From contig CAVYTU010000010.1 in NCBI GenBank assembly GCA_963771465.1, positions 4,380-68,379 of the forward strand: a DNA stretch of 64,000 nucleotides. Reading direction: 5' to 3'. The DNA is from an uncultured delta proteobacterium (lineage in GTDB: Bacteria > Desulfobacterota > Binatia > UBA9968). The position numbers and the translations under genes are program-made. This document shows positions 7,369 to 16,482 of the stretch, one piece after another. Under the pieces are notes generated by a model that saw nothing but the letters and a program-made list of their open reading frames with translations, had not been told where the DNA came from and made no database searches. Each line of letters begins with the position of its first letter. Within the stretch, counting starts at the first letter, position 1.

Positions 7369-10068
7369 ATGGCGGAACGAGGGGTCGACCCAAAAGAAGA
7401 AAAAAAATCCTACGGTAGCGTTTTCGTTATCGGCGCCAGCTTATTGGTGATGTTGACCCTATGGGCATACTGGGACGACAATATTTCCCGCCGTCCATGG
7501 AAAGGCATTCAATCTCACTTCTATCGGCTGGATTACAACAAGGCCAAAGCCGCTTACAATGAAGAGGACAAAAAGCTTCACGCCGATGAAAAGTACCAAG
7601 AGCTGGCGAAGAAACTGGCCGCGTTCCAGTCGAGTCTTACGGACGGCGAACTAGGCAAGAAACTCAAGAGTTTGGAGAACGAAGAAGCGCGGGTGACGGT
7701 CAAATTCCAAGAAGCCGATCAACGCGTGAAGGATGTTAAGAGCGAGTTGGAAGAAGCATGGTATGAGCATGACCACGCGGTCCAGCAAAAGCGCAATCCG
7801 AAACCTTACTTGGACGTGATCGCTGAACTCGACAAAAAGAAAGAGCAGCTGGATAAGGCGCTCGAGCCGTTGCGGGCTAGGCGCAATCAGCTCAAAGAAG
7901 AAATCAAGAAGATCCAAACCGGCGCCAAGGACATCGAGACTGAGCTTGCCAAGCTGACGGCGGAGCGCGACAAATGGGTCCGGGTGATGGAGAACGCGAC
8001 TTTTAAGCTCGGTCCGCTCTCGCCGTATAAGATTCCCAAGATTCAACAGGTGTCGCTCGACGAATTCGACCGTAACCGTTTCGATCAACCGGTGGCGCGC
8101 GTCGACCGCTGCCAGACTTGCCATCTGGCGATCAACCGGGCCGGTTTTGAAAAAGAACCGCAGCCATTCAGAACTCATCCGCGGCGCGAAGTTCTCTTAG
8201 CGGACAACGCTCATCCGCCGGATAGAGTCGGTTGCACAGGTTGCCACGAAGGCCAAGGCGTTGCGGTTAACAGCGTGAAGCAAGCCCATGGTGAAGTTCA
8301 CCTTTGGGAATTCCCGTTGCTGCGCGGCAATAAAGCGCAATCGAGCTGCACCTCTTGCCATCTCGACGTGCAAAAGTACGCCGAGGATGCGCCGCTGTTG
8401 GCCGATGGGCAACGACTATTCGAACAAGTCGGTTGCACCGGCTGCCATCTCGTCAAAGGCTATGAGAACATCCCGAAAATCGCGCCGAGCTTGAGAAAAA
8501 TCAGCGCTAAAGTCGATCCCGGCTGGATGGTGCGGTGGATCGAGAACCCGCACAAGTTCCGGCCGCGCACACGCATGCCGAATTTCGATTTGAAACCGGA
8601 TGACGCGATCGCGATCGCCTCCTATATCTGGTCGCAGTCCAAAGAGGAAGGCGATAAGTGGACCCAGGAAAATCCCCTGCCCGCCGGACTGCGCGAGGGC
8701 GATGCCAACGAAGCGGCGAAGGGCAAAAAATTGGTCGAGACGATCGGTTGTAAGGGTTGCCATGGTTTCGCCGAGGGAGAATTCACCACGCCACTCGGTA
8801 AAGAAAAAGATCTGGTTCCCAATCTCAAAGACGTCGCCTCTAAGGTCGGGCCGCAGTGGATTTATCACTGGATCAAAAACCCGCGCGGCTTTGCGCCCGA
8901 CACGCGCATGCCGAGCTTGCGGCTTGCTGACGATGAAGCGCGGGCAATCACCACTTACTTGACGACTCTCGGCGCCAAGCCAGAACCTATGGCAGGGATA
9001 GAAGAGAAACTCGCCGATGCCAAAAACATCAAACGCGGCGAATCGTTGGTGCGCAAATGGGGTTGCTTTGGCTGCCACGACATTAAAGGCATGGAAAAAG
9101 AATCCCGCATCGGCGCCGAGCTGACCACCTTCGGTTCAAAAAAAGTAGAGGAGTTGGCTTTCGGCAACCGCACCGATATCAAAGAGACGTGGGACGACTG
9201 GACCTACCACAAATTAAAAACGCCGCGCATATACGCCACCGAGCGAATCGACCAACTGATGCCGCAATTCAATTTGGCCGATGAGGACATCAAGGCGCTA
9301 CGCATCGCGCTCGGCGGTTTCCGCGAGCTCAAGGTTGGCAAGCGCTACCAGGCGGATCAAGGACTGCGCACACAGCAAGTCGTCGAAGGGCGCCGGTTGA
9401 TGCAGCAATACAACTGCGTCGGTTGCCACGAGATCGAAAATCGCGGCGGCTTTGTCCGCAAGTACTATCAGGAAAACGTCGCCCTCGCGCCGCCGCCGCT
9501 CAATGGCGAAGGCGAGAAGGTTCAGTCGCAGTGGTTCTTCGGTTTCTTGAAAGCGCCGGTTCCGCTGCGGCCGTGGCTCGACATTCGCATGCCGACCTTC
9601 GGTCTTTCCGACGACCATACAACGCAGCTGGTGAACTTTTTCAACGGCCTGTCGAAGGTCGAGCAACCCTACGCTTATATCGATGACAAGAATATTCCGC
9701 CGGAGCATATCGAAGCCGCCAAGGTTTTGACTTCGAAGGATTATTTCAACTGCTTTAGCTGCCATATGCAGGGCGCCAAGACGCCTGAAGGTCCCAAGGA
9801 AGGTTGGGCGCCGGATCTGACGATGGCGCGCCAGCGTTTGAATCCCAACTGGATTCTCAAGTGGCTGAAGGACCCACAGAAAGTTCAACCGGGCACCAAG
9901 ATGCCGTCGTTCTATCCAGGCGGTCCGGATAACGTTCTCGGCGGCAAGGAAGACTTGCAAATCGAAGCTCTGCGCGATTATTTAATGTCAATCGGCCGTG
10001 GTGGTGCTGCGCCCATGGCTGCGACTCCGGCGCCGGCACAAGTGGCTAAAGCCAAGCCGGCAAAGTGA
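7369..10068 (+). CDS. Membrane-anchored octahaem c-type cytochrome with coiled-coil stalk
   Basis: Shine-Dalgarno GGGAG upstream and one N-terminal TM helix. Eight CXXCH motifs occur at aa 248, 289, 327, 356, 461, 566, 683 and 795. The last five lie in repeated class-I cytochrome c-like modules with a conserved MP(x)F Met. Confidence 0.9.
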   Translation: MAERGVDPKEEKKSYGSVFVIGASLLVMLTLWAYWDDNISRRPWKGIQSHFYRLDYNKAKAAYNEEDKKLHADEKYQELAKKLAAFQSSLTDGELGKKLKSLENEEARVTVKFQEADQRVKDVKSELEEAWYEHDHAVQQKRNPKPYLDVIAELDKKKEQLDKALEPLRARRNQLKEEIKKIQTGAKDIETELAKLTAERDKWVRVMENATFKLGPLSPYKIPKIQQVSLDEFDRNRFDQPVARVDRCQTCHLAINRAGFEKEPQPFRTHPRREVLLADNAHPPDRVGCTGCHEGQGVAVNSVKQAHGEVHLWEFPLLRGNKAQSSCTSCHLDVQKYAEDAPLLADGQRLFEQVGCTGCHLVKGYENIPKIAPSLRKISAKVDPGWMVRWIENPHKFRPRTRMPNFDLKPDDAIAIASYIWSQSKEEGDKWTQENPLPAGLREGDANEAAKGKKLVETIGCKGCHGFAEGEFTTPLGKEKDLVPNLKDVASKVGPQWIYHWIKNPRGFAPDTRMPSLRLADDEARAITTYLTTLGAKPEPMAGIEEKLADAKNIKRGESLVRKWGCFGCHDIKGMEKESRIGAELTTFGSKKVEELAFGNRTDIKETWDDWTYHKLKTPRIYATERIDQLMPQFNLADEDIKALRIALGGFRELKVGKRYQADQGLRTQQVVEGRRLMQQYNCVGCHEIENRGGFVRKYYQENVALAPPPLNGEGEKVQSQWFFGFLKAPVPLRPWLDIRMPTFGLSDDHTTQLVNFFNGLSKVEQPYAYIDDKNIPPEHIEAAKVLTSKDYFNCFSCHMQGAKTPEGPKEGWAPDLTMARQRLNPNWILKWLKDPQKVQPGTKMPSFYPGGPDNVLGGKEDLQIEALRDYLMSIGRGGAAPMAATPAPAQVAKAKPAK

Positions 10069-10129
10069 CGATGAATATTGGACCAACCTGGTCGTCAAAC
10101 CGATGACCAGTCAGATTGAAGGAGGAATC

Positions 10130-10843
10130 ATGGGTAAGATCAAATTTTTTGTTTTGGCGGCGGCATTAGTGACATTCCCGACGGGCGCAATGGCGCAGTA
10201 TAAAGGCGGCGACGTTAAAGATGCCGGCAGCATCTCCGGCACGGTGAAATTCAAAGGCTCCGCGCCCGCACCTAAAAAGCTCGATGTCGGTAAGGACAAA
10301 GAAGTGTGCGACAAGTCGCCGAAAGTGGATCAGACGTTAGTCGTGAAGGACGGCAATTTGGCCAATGCGGTGGTGACCATCACGGATATCAAGAGCGGCA
10401 AGAAAATGGATCTCAAGAAAGTGACCCTCGATCAAAAGGGCTGCGAATACCACCCGCACGTGCTGGCCTTTCCCGCCGGCTCAGCGGTCGAGATTCTCAA
10501 TCCAGACGGCATCCTTCACAACGTGCACTCCTACAGCAAGGCCAACAGTCCGTTTAACCAGGCGCAGCCGAAATTCAAGAAGAGCTTGGAAGTGAAGATT
10601 GAAAAACCGGAGGCGGTCGAAGTGAAATGCGACGTGCATGGCTGGATGCACGGCTGGCTCGTGGCCACGCCGAATCCGTATTTTGCGGTAACCGACGGCT
10701 CGGGCAGCTTCAAGCTAACCGACGTGCCGGCGGGCAGCTACACTCTCGAACTCTGGCATGAAAAGCTTGGCAAGAGCACGCAGAAAGTGACCGTGAAGGC
10801 GAAGGAAGAAGCCAAGGTTAACTTCGAAGTCGCAGGCAAATAA
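10130..10843 (+). CDS. Secreted cupredoxin-like (type-1 copper) protein with C-terminal CarboxypepD_reg-like beta-sandwich
   Basis: GGAGG lies 5 nt upstream of ATG 10130. Signal peptide is MGKIKFFVLAAALVTFPTGAMA. Candidate Cu ligands are His in ILHNVHS and C-D-V-H-G-W-M (C-x2-H-x2-M, amicyanin-like spacing). The listed ORF start at 9998 is rejected. Confidence 0.7.
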   Translation: MGKIKFFVLAAALVTFPTGAMAQYKGGDVKDAGSISGTVKFKGSAPAPKKLDVGKDKEVCDKSPKVDQTLVVKDGNLANAVVTITDIKSGKKMDLKKVTLDQKGCEYHPHVLAFPAGSAVEILNPDGILHNVHSYSKANSPFNQAQPKFKKSLEVKIEKPEAVEVKCDVHGWMHGWLVATPNPYFAVTDGSGSFKLTDVPAGSYTLELWHEKLGKSTQKVTVKAKEEAKVNFEVAGK

Positions 10844-10864
10844 CTACTTACAAGTTCGACTCAC

Positions 10865-10904
10865 AAAGCGCGGCGCTCAGAGAATGGGCGCCGCGCTTTT
10901 TTTC
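10865..10904 (+). terminator. Rho-independent terminator closing the Rieske/cyt b operon
   Basis: Perfect 9-bp GC stem, GCGCGGCGC (10868-10876) pairing with GCGCCGCGC (10888-10896), followed by T7 (10897-10903). Confidence 0.75.
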
Positions 10905-10949
10905 TGCTATGTGGGCAGATTAACTTTGCTGCGCCAGTCTTTTCTCCCC

Positions 10950-11636
10950 CTAGTTATCTTTCGTCGCGGCTATTTTGAAATAGTTCCAAGCGCGTTCCAT
11001 GTCCGCGGGCGTCAAAGCCTCGACTTGACGCTGTTTCGATTCGACCATTGTGAGCGGGATGGGCGTACCGATCTGTATGGCGCCGAATAGGATTTGTGCC
11101 GCTTCTTCCAGGTAGATCGCCATCATCACGGCTTCGGGAATCGTTCCGCCCACTGTCACCTGACCGTTGCCCCTGAGTAACACCGCCGGTTTGTCGTCGA
11201 GAATTTGCGCCACTTCGGCGCCGAGAGCGGCGGTCAAAATCAAATCCGGTTTCGCGTACACAGGCACGCCGCCAGCAAAGAAGCTGCCGTGGCTATGCAC
11301 CGGTTCGAGTTTTCGGTTGGTTACCGAGAAGATATTGGCGACGCGGGCGTGAATGCGCGTGATGGCATTTACCCCTGGCTTGGCTTTCATGATGACTGCA
11401 TGGAGCGAGGCTTCGATCGGCGCGGCCTGTCGACCTTCCACTACTTGGCCATCGCCGTTCATGGTCAACAGCTCGCTTTCCTGCACCAGTGCCAGGCTGA
11501 TTCTTGGTGTGATGATAAAGTGGTCGCTGTTCGGAATACGCGCGCTGACATGGCCGAATCCTTCGACCAATTTTTGTTGCGAGAGAATGCGGCTGGCGCT
11601 GATGACATCATTTTTCAGTTGCTCGATGGGGTCCAT
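10950..11636 (-). CDS. Class II aldolase/adducin family protein
   Basis: GFGHVSARIP ... ITPR ... EASLHAVIM ... ITRIHAR ... LLRGNGQVTVG: the pattern of L-fuculose-phosphate-aldolase-like class II aldolases. Confidence 0.85.
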   Translation of the reverse strand: MDPIEQLKNDVISASRILSQQKLVEGFGHVSARIPNSDHFIITPRISLALVQESELLTMNGDGQVVEGRQAAPIEASLHAVIMKAKPGVNAITRIHARVANIFSVTNRKLEPVHSHGSFFAGGVPVYAKPDLILTAALGAEVAQILDDKPAVLLRGNGQVTVGGTIPEAVMMAIYLEEAAQILFGAIQIGTPIPLTMVESKQRQVEALTPADMERAWNYFKIAATKDN

Positions 11637-11708
11637 AAGGCTCCTTTAAAATCTGAAAATTTTACGTTATATTAAGCTGTTCCAAATTTACGGGAAAGTG
11701 AGTCGTCT

Positions 11709-11978
11709 ATGAAAGTAAAAGTTGAATCATATTCCGACTCCAAAGGCCATGAGAGCCCGACCCGATTTATGCTTGGAAGCCGAACCATTCAGGTGGAAGC
11801 CTGCGTGGATCGTTGGTACGGCGAGCAGGCGTGCTATTTCCGCGTGTTAGGAAGCGATGAGAACTCCTATATTCTCAAGGGTCCGCTTGAGGACGGTACG
11901 TGGGAGATGGTTTCGTTTACGCACAAGGATTCCCGCGGTACCGAGTTAGAATACGAAGGCAAAAGGGAACTTCAGTAA
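11709..11978 (+). CDS. Hypothetical 89-aa protein
   Basis: Clean ATG ORF divergent from the aldolase gene and compositionally normal. It vaguely resembles small conserved proteins with a P.RF.......V.....RWYG....YF.V motif, but I cannot name a family. Confidence 0.5.
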   Translation: MKVKVESYSDSKGHESPTRFMLGSRTIQVEACVDRWYGEQACYFRVLGSDENSYILKGPLEDGTWEMVSFTHKDSRGTELEYEGKRELQ

Positions 11979-12067
11979 GGCGTAAATTCCCTCTTGCTTC
12001 TCGATTTTCAATCTTCCGTAACACTCTCAACGGCGAGAGAAATACATTACTAGTTCGAGGTAGGGAA

Positions 12068-13411
12068 ATGTCGAAGCAACATTTAGTCGCGATGGTTGGC
12101 GCCGGCCCGGCGGGTATCTACGGCGCGCGCAAACTGACCGAAGCCGGTCATCGAGTGGTCTTGATCAATCGCGATATCAAGCCCGGCGGTTTGGCCGAAT
12201 ACGGCATCTTCGTCGACAAGGAAAAGATGAAAACCGGCCTGCGCAAACAGTTCAAAAGAATTCTTTCAGACCCCAAAGTGTTTTACCTGGGTCATGTGAT
12301 GGTCGGCCAGAATCAGCCGCTGTCACTCAAAGATCTGCAGGATATGGGCTTTGGCGCCGTGGTCGTGACCGCGGGCGCGCAAGGCACGAAAAAATTGGGC
12401 ATCGAGGGTGAAGAAGCCGTCGGTGTCTACCACGCCAAAGACGTTGTCTATCATTACAACTCGCTGCCGCCGTTCAGCGAGCAGTCATTCGAAATCGGCC
12501 GGCGGGTTGCCATCATCGGCATGGGTAACGTCATGGTCGATATCGCCAACTGGCTGCTCAATCTAAAAAAGATCGATCAGGTGGTCGTCGTCGCCCGCCG
12601 CGGGCCGCTGGAAAAGGCCTACGATGACAGTGAGTTCGAATACATCGACATGTACCTCGACAATGCCGATATGAAACAGGAGATCGATCGCATCAGCGCA
12701 TCGCTCACCGCCGTGGGACAAGATGTCGGCGCGATCACGCAAAAAATGGTGCGCCAAGGCGAACCGTTGGAAGGCCGCCGGCTGACGTTCCGCTATCTCT
12801 GCTCGCCGACGAAAGTCATCGCCAACGATCAAGGCCGGGTCGCCGCGCTCGAAGCGGAAGAAAACGAAATGGTTCTGCAGGACGGCAAGACCGTCGCCAA
12901 GGGAACCGGCAAGACGCGCCGTATCGAAGTCGACTGTGTCATCTACGCCATCGGCGATCAGGTCGATGCCGCGCTCGGTTTGCCTTTTTCACGTGGCGCC
13001 TTCGTCACCAATCCGGAAAAGCTGCCGGGCGATCCGAATCCGGCAGCCTATCAGCCGTATGATCCCGAGACCAAAAAAGCTCTCGACGGTATTTTCGTCG
13101 CCGGCTGGTCGCGCAACGCCAGCGTCGGTTTGGTCGGCGTCGCCAAGCAAGACGCCGAGCGCGGCATGAAAGTGGTCAACGAATATCTCGCCGCGAAAGA
13201 AGGCCCTTCTGCCGGCGAGATGGAAGAGAAGATCGAATCGCTGATGGAGATGCTTAAGAAAAAGGGTGTCTCAGTGGTCACCAAGTCCGACGTCGAACTG
13301 CTCGAAGGCGCCGAACAAGAAGCCGCCAAAGCGCGCAAGACATGGGACTTCAAGTACACCAGCGATGACAAGATGCTGGAAGTCATCGCAGCGCGCCGAG
13401 CGGGGCAATAA
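12068..13411 (+). CDS. FAD/NAD(P)-binding oxidoreductase, adrenodoxin-reductase/FprA-like ferredoxin-NADP+ reductase
   Basis: N-terminal VAMVGAGPAGIYGARKL dinucleotide fold and KPGGLAEYG. A second Rossmann motif is VAIIGMGNVMVDIA, and the C-terminal motif is GIFVAGW. Start moved to ATG 12068 (MSKQH...) from the listed 11900. Confidence 0.8.
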   Translation: MSKQHLVAMVGAGPAGIYGARKLTEAGHRVVLINRDIKPGGLAEYGIFVDKEKMKTGLRKQFKRILSDPKVFYLGHVMVGQNQPLSLKDLQDMGFGAVVVTAGAQGTKKLGIEGEEAVGVYHAKDVVYHYNSLPPFSEQSFEIGRRVAIIGMGNVMVDIANWLLNLKKIDQVVVVARRGPLEKAYDDSEFEYIDMYLDNADMKQEIDRISASLTAVGQDVGAITQKMVRQGEPLEGRRLTFRYLCSPTKVIANDQGRVAALEAEENEMVLQDGKTVAKGTGKTRRIEVDCVIYAIGDQVDAALGLPFSRGAFVTNPEKLPGDPNPAAYQPYDPETKKALDGIFVAGWSRNASVGLVGVAKQDAERGMKVVNEYLAAKEGPSAGEMEEKIESLMEMLKKKGVSVVTKSDVELLEGAEQEAAKARKTWDFKYTSDDKMLEVIAARRAGQ

Positions 13412-13444
13412 GCCGGCGCAATTTTTGAAAAATTTGGATTCCTG

Positions 13445-13485
13445 CAAAGCCGAAAGCGTCGCTGCTTTTGGCTTTTACATTTTTA
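13445..13485 (+). terminator. Possible terminator between convergent genes
   Basis: CAAAGCCGAAAGC (13445-13457) pairs with GCTTTTGGCTTT (13464-13475) with one G-U. It is followed by TTACATTTTT, so the T tract is interrupted. Confidence 0.4.
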
Positions 13486-13541
13486 GACCCTGATGTGCCC
13501 GTAAATCGCAATCGAGCTAGTGTCGCCGAGAAAGCGCAGGT

Positions 13542-14282
13542 TCAGTGCATAATCCTCCCGCCGTTCACATGCATCGTTTGTCCCGTCACATGTTTCGCCG
13601 CGTCGCTGGCTAGGTAGGCGACGGCTTCGGCGACGTCTTCGACGGCGCCGGGGTGGCCGAGCGGGATGCGTTCGTTCGATGCTTGCCATTCGGCGTCGGT
13701 ATAGTGGCTGCGGACTTTGGCGGTTTCGATTCGGCCTGGGGCGACCGCGTTGACTCTCACTCCTTCGGGCGCGAGTTCTAGCGCGAGCGTTCGGGTGAGA
13801 CCGAGGATGCCGGCTTTGGCGGCGGCATAAGCGGAGCGATTTTCACCGCCGCTAAATGCGATATCGGATGAGATATTGACGATGACACCGGTTTTTTGCT
13901 GCTTCATCAACACCGTTACGGCGCGGCAGCAGAGAAAAGTCGCCGTGAGATTGGCATCGATAACGGTGCGCCAATGGTCCAGTGGGTATTCTTCAAACTT
14001 GTGGCGAAAAAAACTGCCGCCGGCGACGTTGACGAGCAGATCAATGCGCCGATGATTCGCGATGACCTTGTCGAATGTCGCTTTGACTTCAGCTTCTTGA
14101 TCCAAATGGGCGCAATGAAATTCAAGCGCCAGGTTGCGTTTGGCGAATGCATCGACAACCTGATCGCCCGCGTCCTGGTTCATGTCCAATATGACGATGC
14201 TGTAATTGTCTCTGGCTAAACGATCAACGACCGCTTGGCCGATATTACCGGCGCCGCCCGTTACCACCGCTACTTTGTTCAT
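13542..14282 (-). CDS. Short-chain dehydrogenase/reductase (3-oxoacyl-ACP reductase-like)
   Basis: VTGGAGNIGQA cofactor motif, NVAG, and the S...YAAAK catalytic motif. Start moved to ATG 14282, which is preceded by GGAGGAG. Confidence 0.9.
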   Translation of the reverse strand: MNKVAVVTGGAGNIGQAVVDRLARDNYSIVILDMNQDAGDQVVDAFAKRNLALEFHCAHLDQEAEVKATFDKVIANHRRIDLLVNVAGGSFFRHKFEEYPLDHWRTVIDANLTATFLCCRAVTVLMKQQKTGVIVNISSDIAFSGGENRSAYAAAKAGILGLTRTLALELAPEGVRVNAVAPGRIETAKVRSHYTDAEWQASNERIPLGHPGAVEDVAEAVAYLASDAAKHVTGQTMHVNGGRIMH

Positions 14283-14464
14283 GGCCGACTCCTCCGCGAT
14301 CATGACTTGAGTGTCTGAGCCGTATCCCAACTGGGGAACGACCGTCAAGTCGCGATGGCGCAGTATTGGTTGCGAATTCTGCTCTTGCCAAGCAGCCAGG
14401 GCTCACATAAAATCCGGCAAATTCAACGACGGTGAAAATCTCTTTTCCGAGGAGGGGATGCGAC

Positions 14465-16420
14465 ATGGCAAACAAGGGCGCAGACAAAGCCATCGAAGTT
14501 TTGCTCGACGAACGAAGAAATTTTCCGCCGCCCAAAGAATTCAAAAAATCAGCCAATCTGAAAAGCGCCGCTGTGTTCAACAGCGCGCGCAAGAATCCCC
14601 AGGCTTTTTGGGCCAAAGCGGCGAAGGACCTGCACTGGTTCAAACCATGGAAGAAAGTCCACGAGTGGAAATCGCCGTGGGCCAAGTGGTTCATCGGCGG
14701 CAAGCTCAATGCTTCTTTCAATTGTTTAGACCGCCACGTGAATTCCGGACGCAAGAACAAAGCGGCGATCATTTGGGAAGGCGAGCCGGGTGACGAGCGC
14801 GTGCTCACGTATCGCGACGTGTGGCGCGAGGTCAACAAATTTGCCAACGTTTTGAAAAAGCTTGGCGTTAAAAAGGGCGACCGCGTCTGTCTCTATATGG
14901 GCATGGTGCCGGAGCTGTTGATCGCCATGCACGCGTGCAACCGCATCGGTGCACCGCACAGCGTTGTCTTCGGCGGCTTCAGCGCCGAAGCGCTGCGCGA
15001 CCGCATCAACGATGCGTCGGCCAAAGTTTTAGTCACTGCTGACGGCGGTTACCGGCGCGGCACCATCGTGCCGTTAAAAAAGAGTGCCGACGATGCCATG
15101 ACCGAGACGCCGTCGATCACCCATTGCGTGGTGGTAAAGCGTGTCGGCACCGACTCCGGCACGCAGATGAAAGAAGGGCGCGATCATTGGTGGAACGATC
15201 TGATGGCCGATGCGCCGTTGTGGTGTGAGCCGGAGAAAATGGACAGCGAGGACATACTTTTCTTGCTTTATACCAGCGGCACAACCGGAAAACCCAAGGG
15301 CATCGTTCATACCACCGGCGGCTACCTCACCGGCGTGACGCTTGCCAATAAGTGGATTTTCGACATGAAAGACGACGACGTCTTCTGGTGCGCCGCAGAC
15401 ATCGGCTGGGTGACCGGTCACACGCATATCGTCTACGGCCCGATGGCCAACGGCGTGACGCAAGTGATGTACGAAGGCACGCCGGATTGGCCGGACAAGG
15501 ATCGCTTATGGCGCATTATCGAAAAATACGGCGTAACGATCTTTCACACGGCGCCGACGGCGATCCGCACGTTCATGCGCTGGGGCACGGAATTCCCTGG
15601 CAAGCATAATTTGAAAAGCCTGCGGCTGCTCGGCTCGGTCGGCGAGCCAATCAATCCGGAAGCCTGGATGTGGTATCACAAGTTCATCGGCGGCGGCCGC
15701 TGCCCGGTAATGGATACCTGGTGGCAGACCGAAACCGGCCATCCGCTGATCTCGCCGCTGCCGGGCCTTACCAAACTCAAACCCGGCTCGGCGACCATGC
15801 CGCTGCCTGGCATCGAGGCCGACGTCGTCGACGAGAACGGCAACTCGGTTCCCAAGGGCGGCGGCGGTTATTTGGTCTTGACCAAACCGTGGCCGGCGAT
15901 GATGCGGACGATTTACGGCGATCCCGATCGTTTTGTGCAAACTTACTGGAGCCGCTTTCCGGGAAAATATTTTGCCGGCGACGGCTGCAAGCGTGACAAG
16001 GATGGTTATTATTGGTTGCTCGGGCGCGTCGACGACGTGATGAACGTCGCCGGTCATCGCATCAGCACGATGGAAGTCGAGAGCGCGCTGGTCGATCATC
16101 AAAAAGTCGCCGAGGCCGCGGTCATCGGCAAAGCGCATGAAATCAAAGGCCAAGCGATCTGTGCGTTTGTCTCGCTCAAAGCTGGAGTCGACGGCAATAA
16201 TGCGCTGACCGACGAGCTCAAAGCGCACGTTGCCAAGAAGATCGGACCGATCGCGCGGCCCGACGAAATTCTCTTCGCGGCAGAATTACCGAAAACGCGC
16301 AGCGGTAAGATCATGCGCCGTTTGCTGCGCGATATCGCCGATGGGCGGACGATGGGCGACACGACGACGTTGGCCGATCCGACCGTGGTGGCCAAGCTCA
16401 AAGAGCAGTACGAGGAGTAG
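14465..16420 (+). CDS. acs: Acetyl-CoA synthetase
   Basis: [18 protein letters not shown], the [12 protein letters not shown]-terminal motif, and the [16 protein letters not shown]-terminal region. GAGGAGG lies upstream of ATG 14465. Confidence 0.95.
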   Translation: MANKGADKAIEVLLDERRNFPPPKEFKKSANLKSAAVFNSARKNPQAFWAKAAKDLHWFKPWKKVHEWKSPWAKWFIGGKLNASFNCLDRHVNSGRKNKAAIIWEGEPGDERVLTYRDVWREVNKFANVLKKLGVKKGDRVCLYMGMVPELLIAMHACNRIGAPHSVVFGGFSAEALRDRINDASAKVLVTADGGYRRGTIVPLKKSADDAMTETPSITHCVVVKRVGTDSGTQMKEGRDHWWNDLMADAPLWCEPEKMDSEDILFLLYTSGTTGKPKGIVHTTGGYLTGVTLANKWIFDMKDDDVFWCAADIGWVTGHTHIVYGPMANGVTQVMYEGTPDWPDKDRLWRIIEKYGVTIFHTAPTAIRTFMRWGTEFPGKHNLKSLRLLGSVGEPINPEAWMWYHKFIGGGRCPVMDTWWQTETGHPLISPLPGLTKLKPGSATMPLPGIEADVVDENGNSVPKGGGGYLVLTKPWPAMMRTIYGDPDRFVQTYWSRFPGKYFAGDGCKRDKDGYYWLLGRVDDVMNVAGHRISTMEVESALVDHQKVAEAAVIGKAHEIKGQAICAFVSLKAGVDGNNALTDELKAHVAKKIGPIARPDEILFAAELPKTRSGKIMRRLLRDIADGRTMGDTTTLADPTVVAKLKEQYEE

Positions 16421-16448
16421 GCAATAGGCATGAGGCAACAGGCAACAG
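16419..16448. repeat. Heptanucleotide tandem repeat (AGGCAAY-like, about 4.3 units)
   Basis: AGGCAAT AGGCATG AGGCAAC AGGCAAC AG, starting inside the acs TAG stop codon (16418-16420). Confidence 0.8.
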
Positions 16449-16482
16449 ATAAGAAAACAAGAATACAAGGATTGATTGCTGC

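Noticed and set aside
8416-9078. 220-aa reverse-strand ORF (and similar ones at 7651..8178 and 9298..9960) inside the octahaem cytochrome gene
   Set aside because: It is antisense to a gene with unmistakable motifs (eight CXXCH). Its Arg/Ala-rich, low-complexity composition is typical of spurious antisense ORFs in GC-rich DNA.
15506-16228. 240-aa reverse ORF inside acs
   Set aside because: Antisense shadow of a highly conserved gene.
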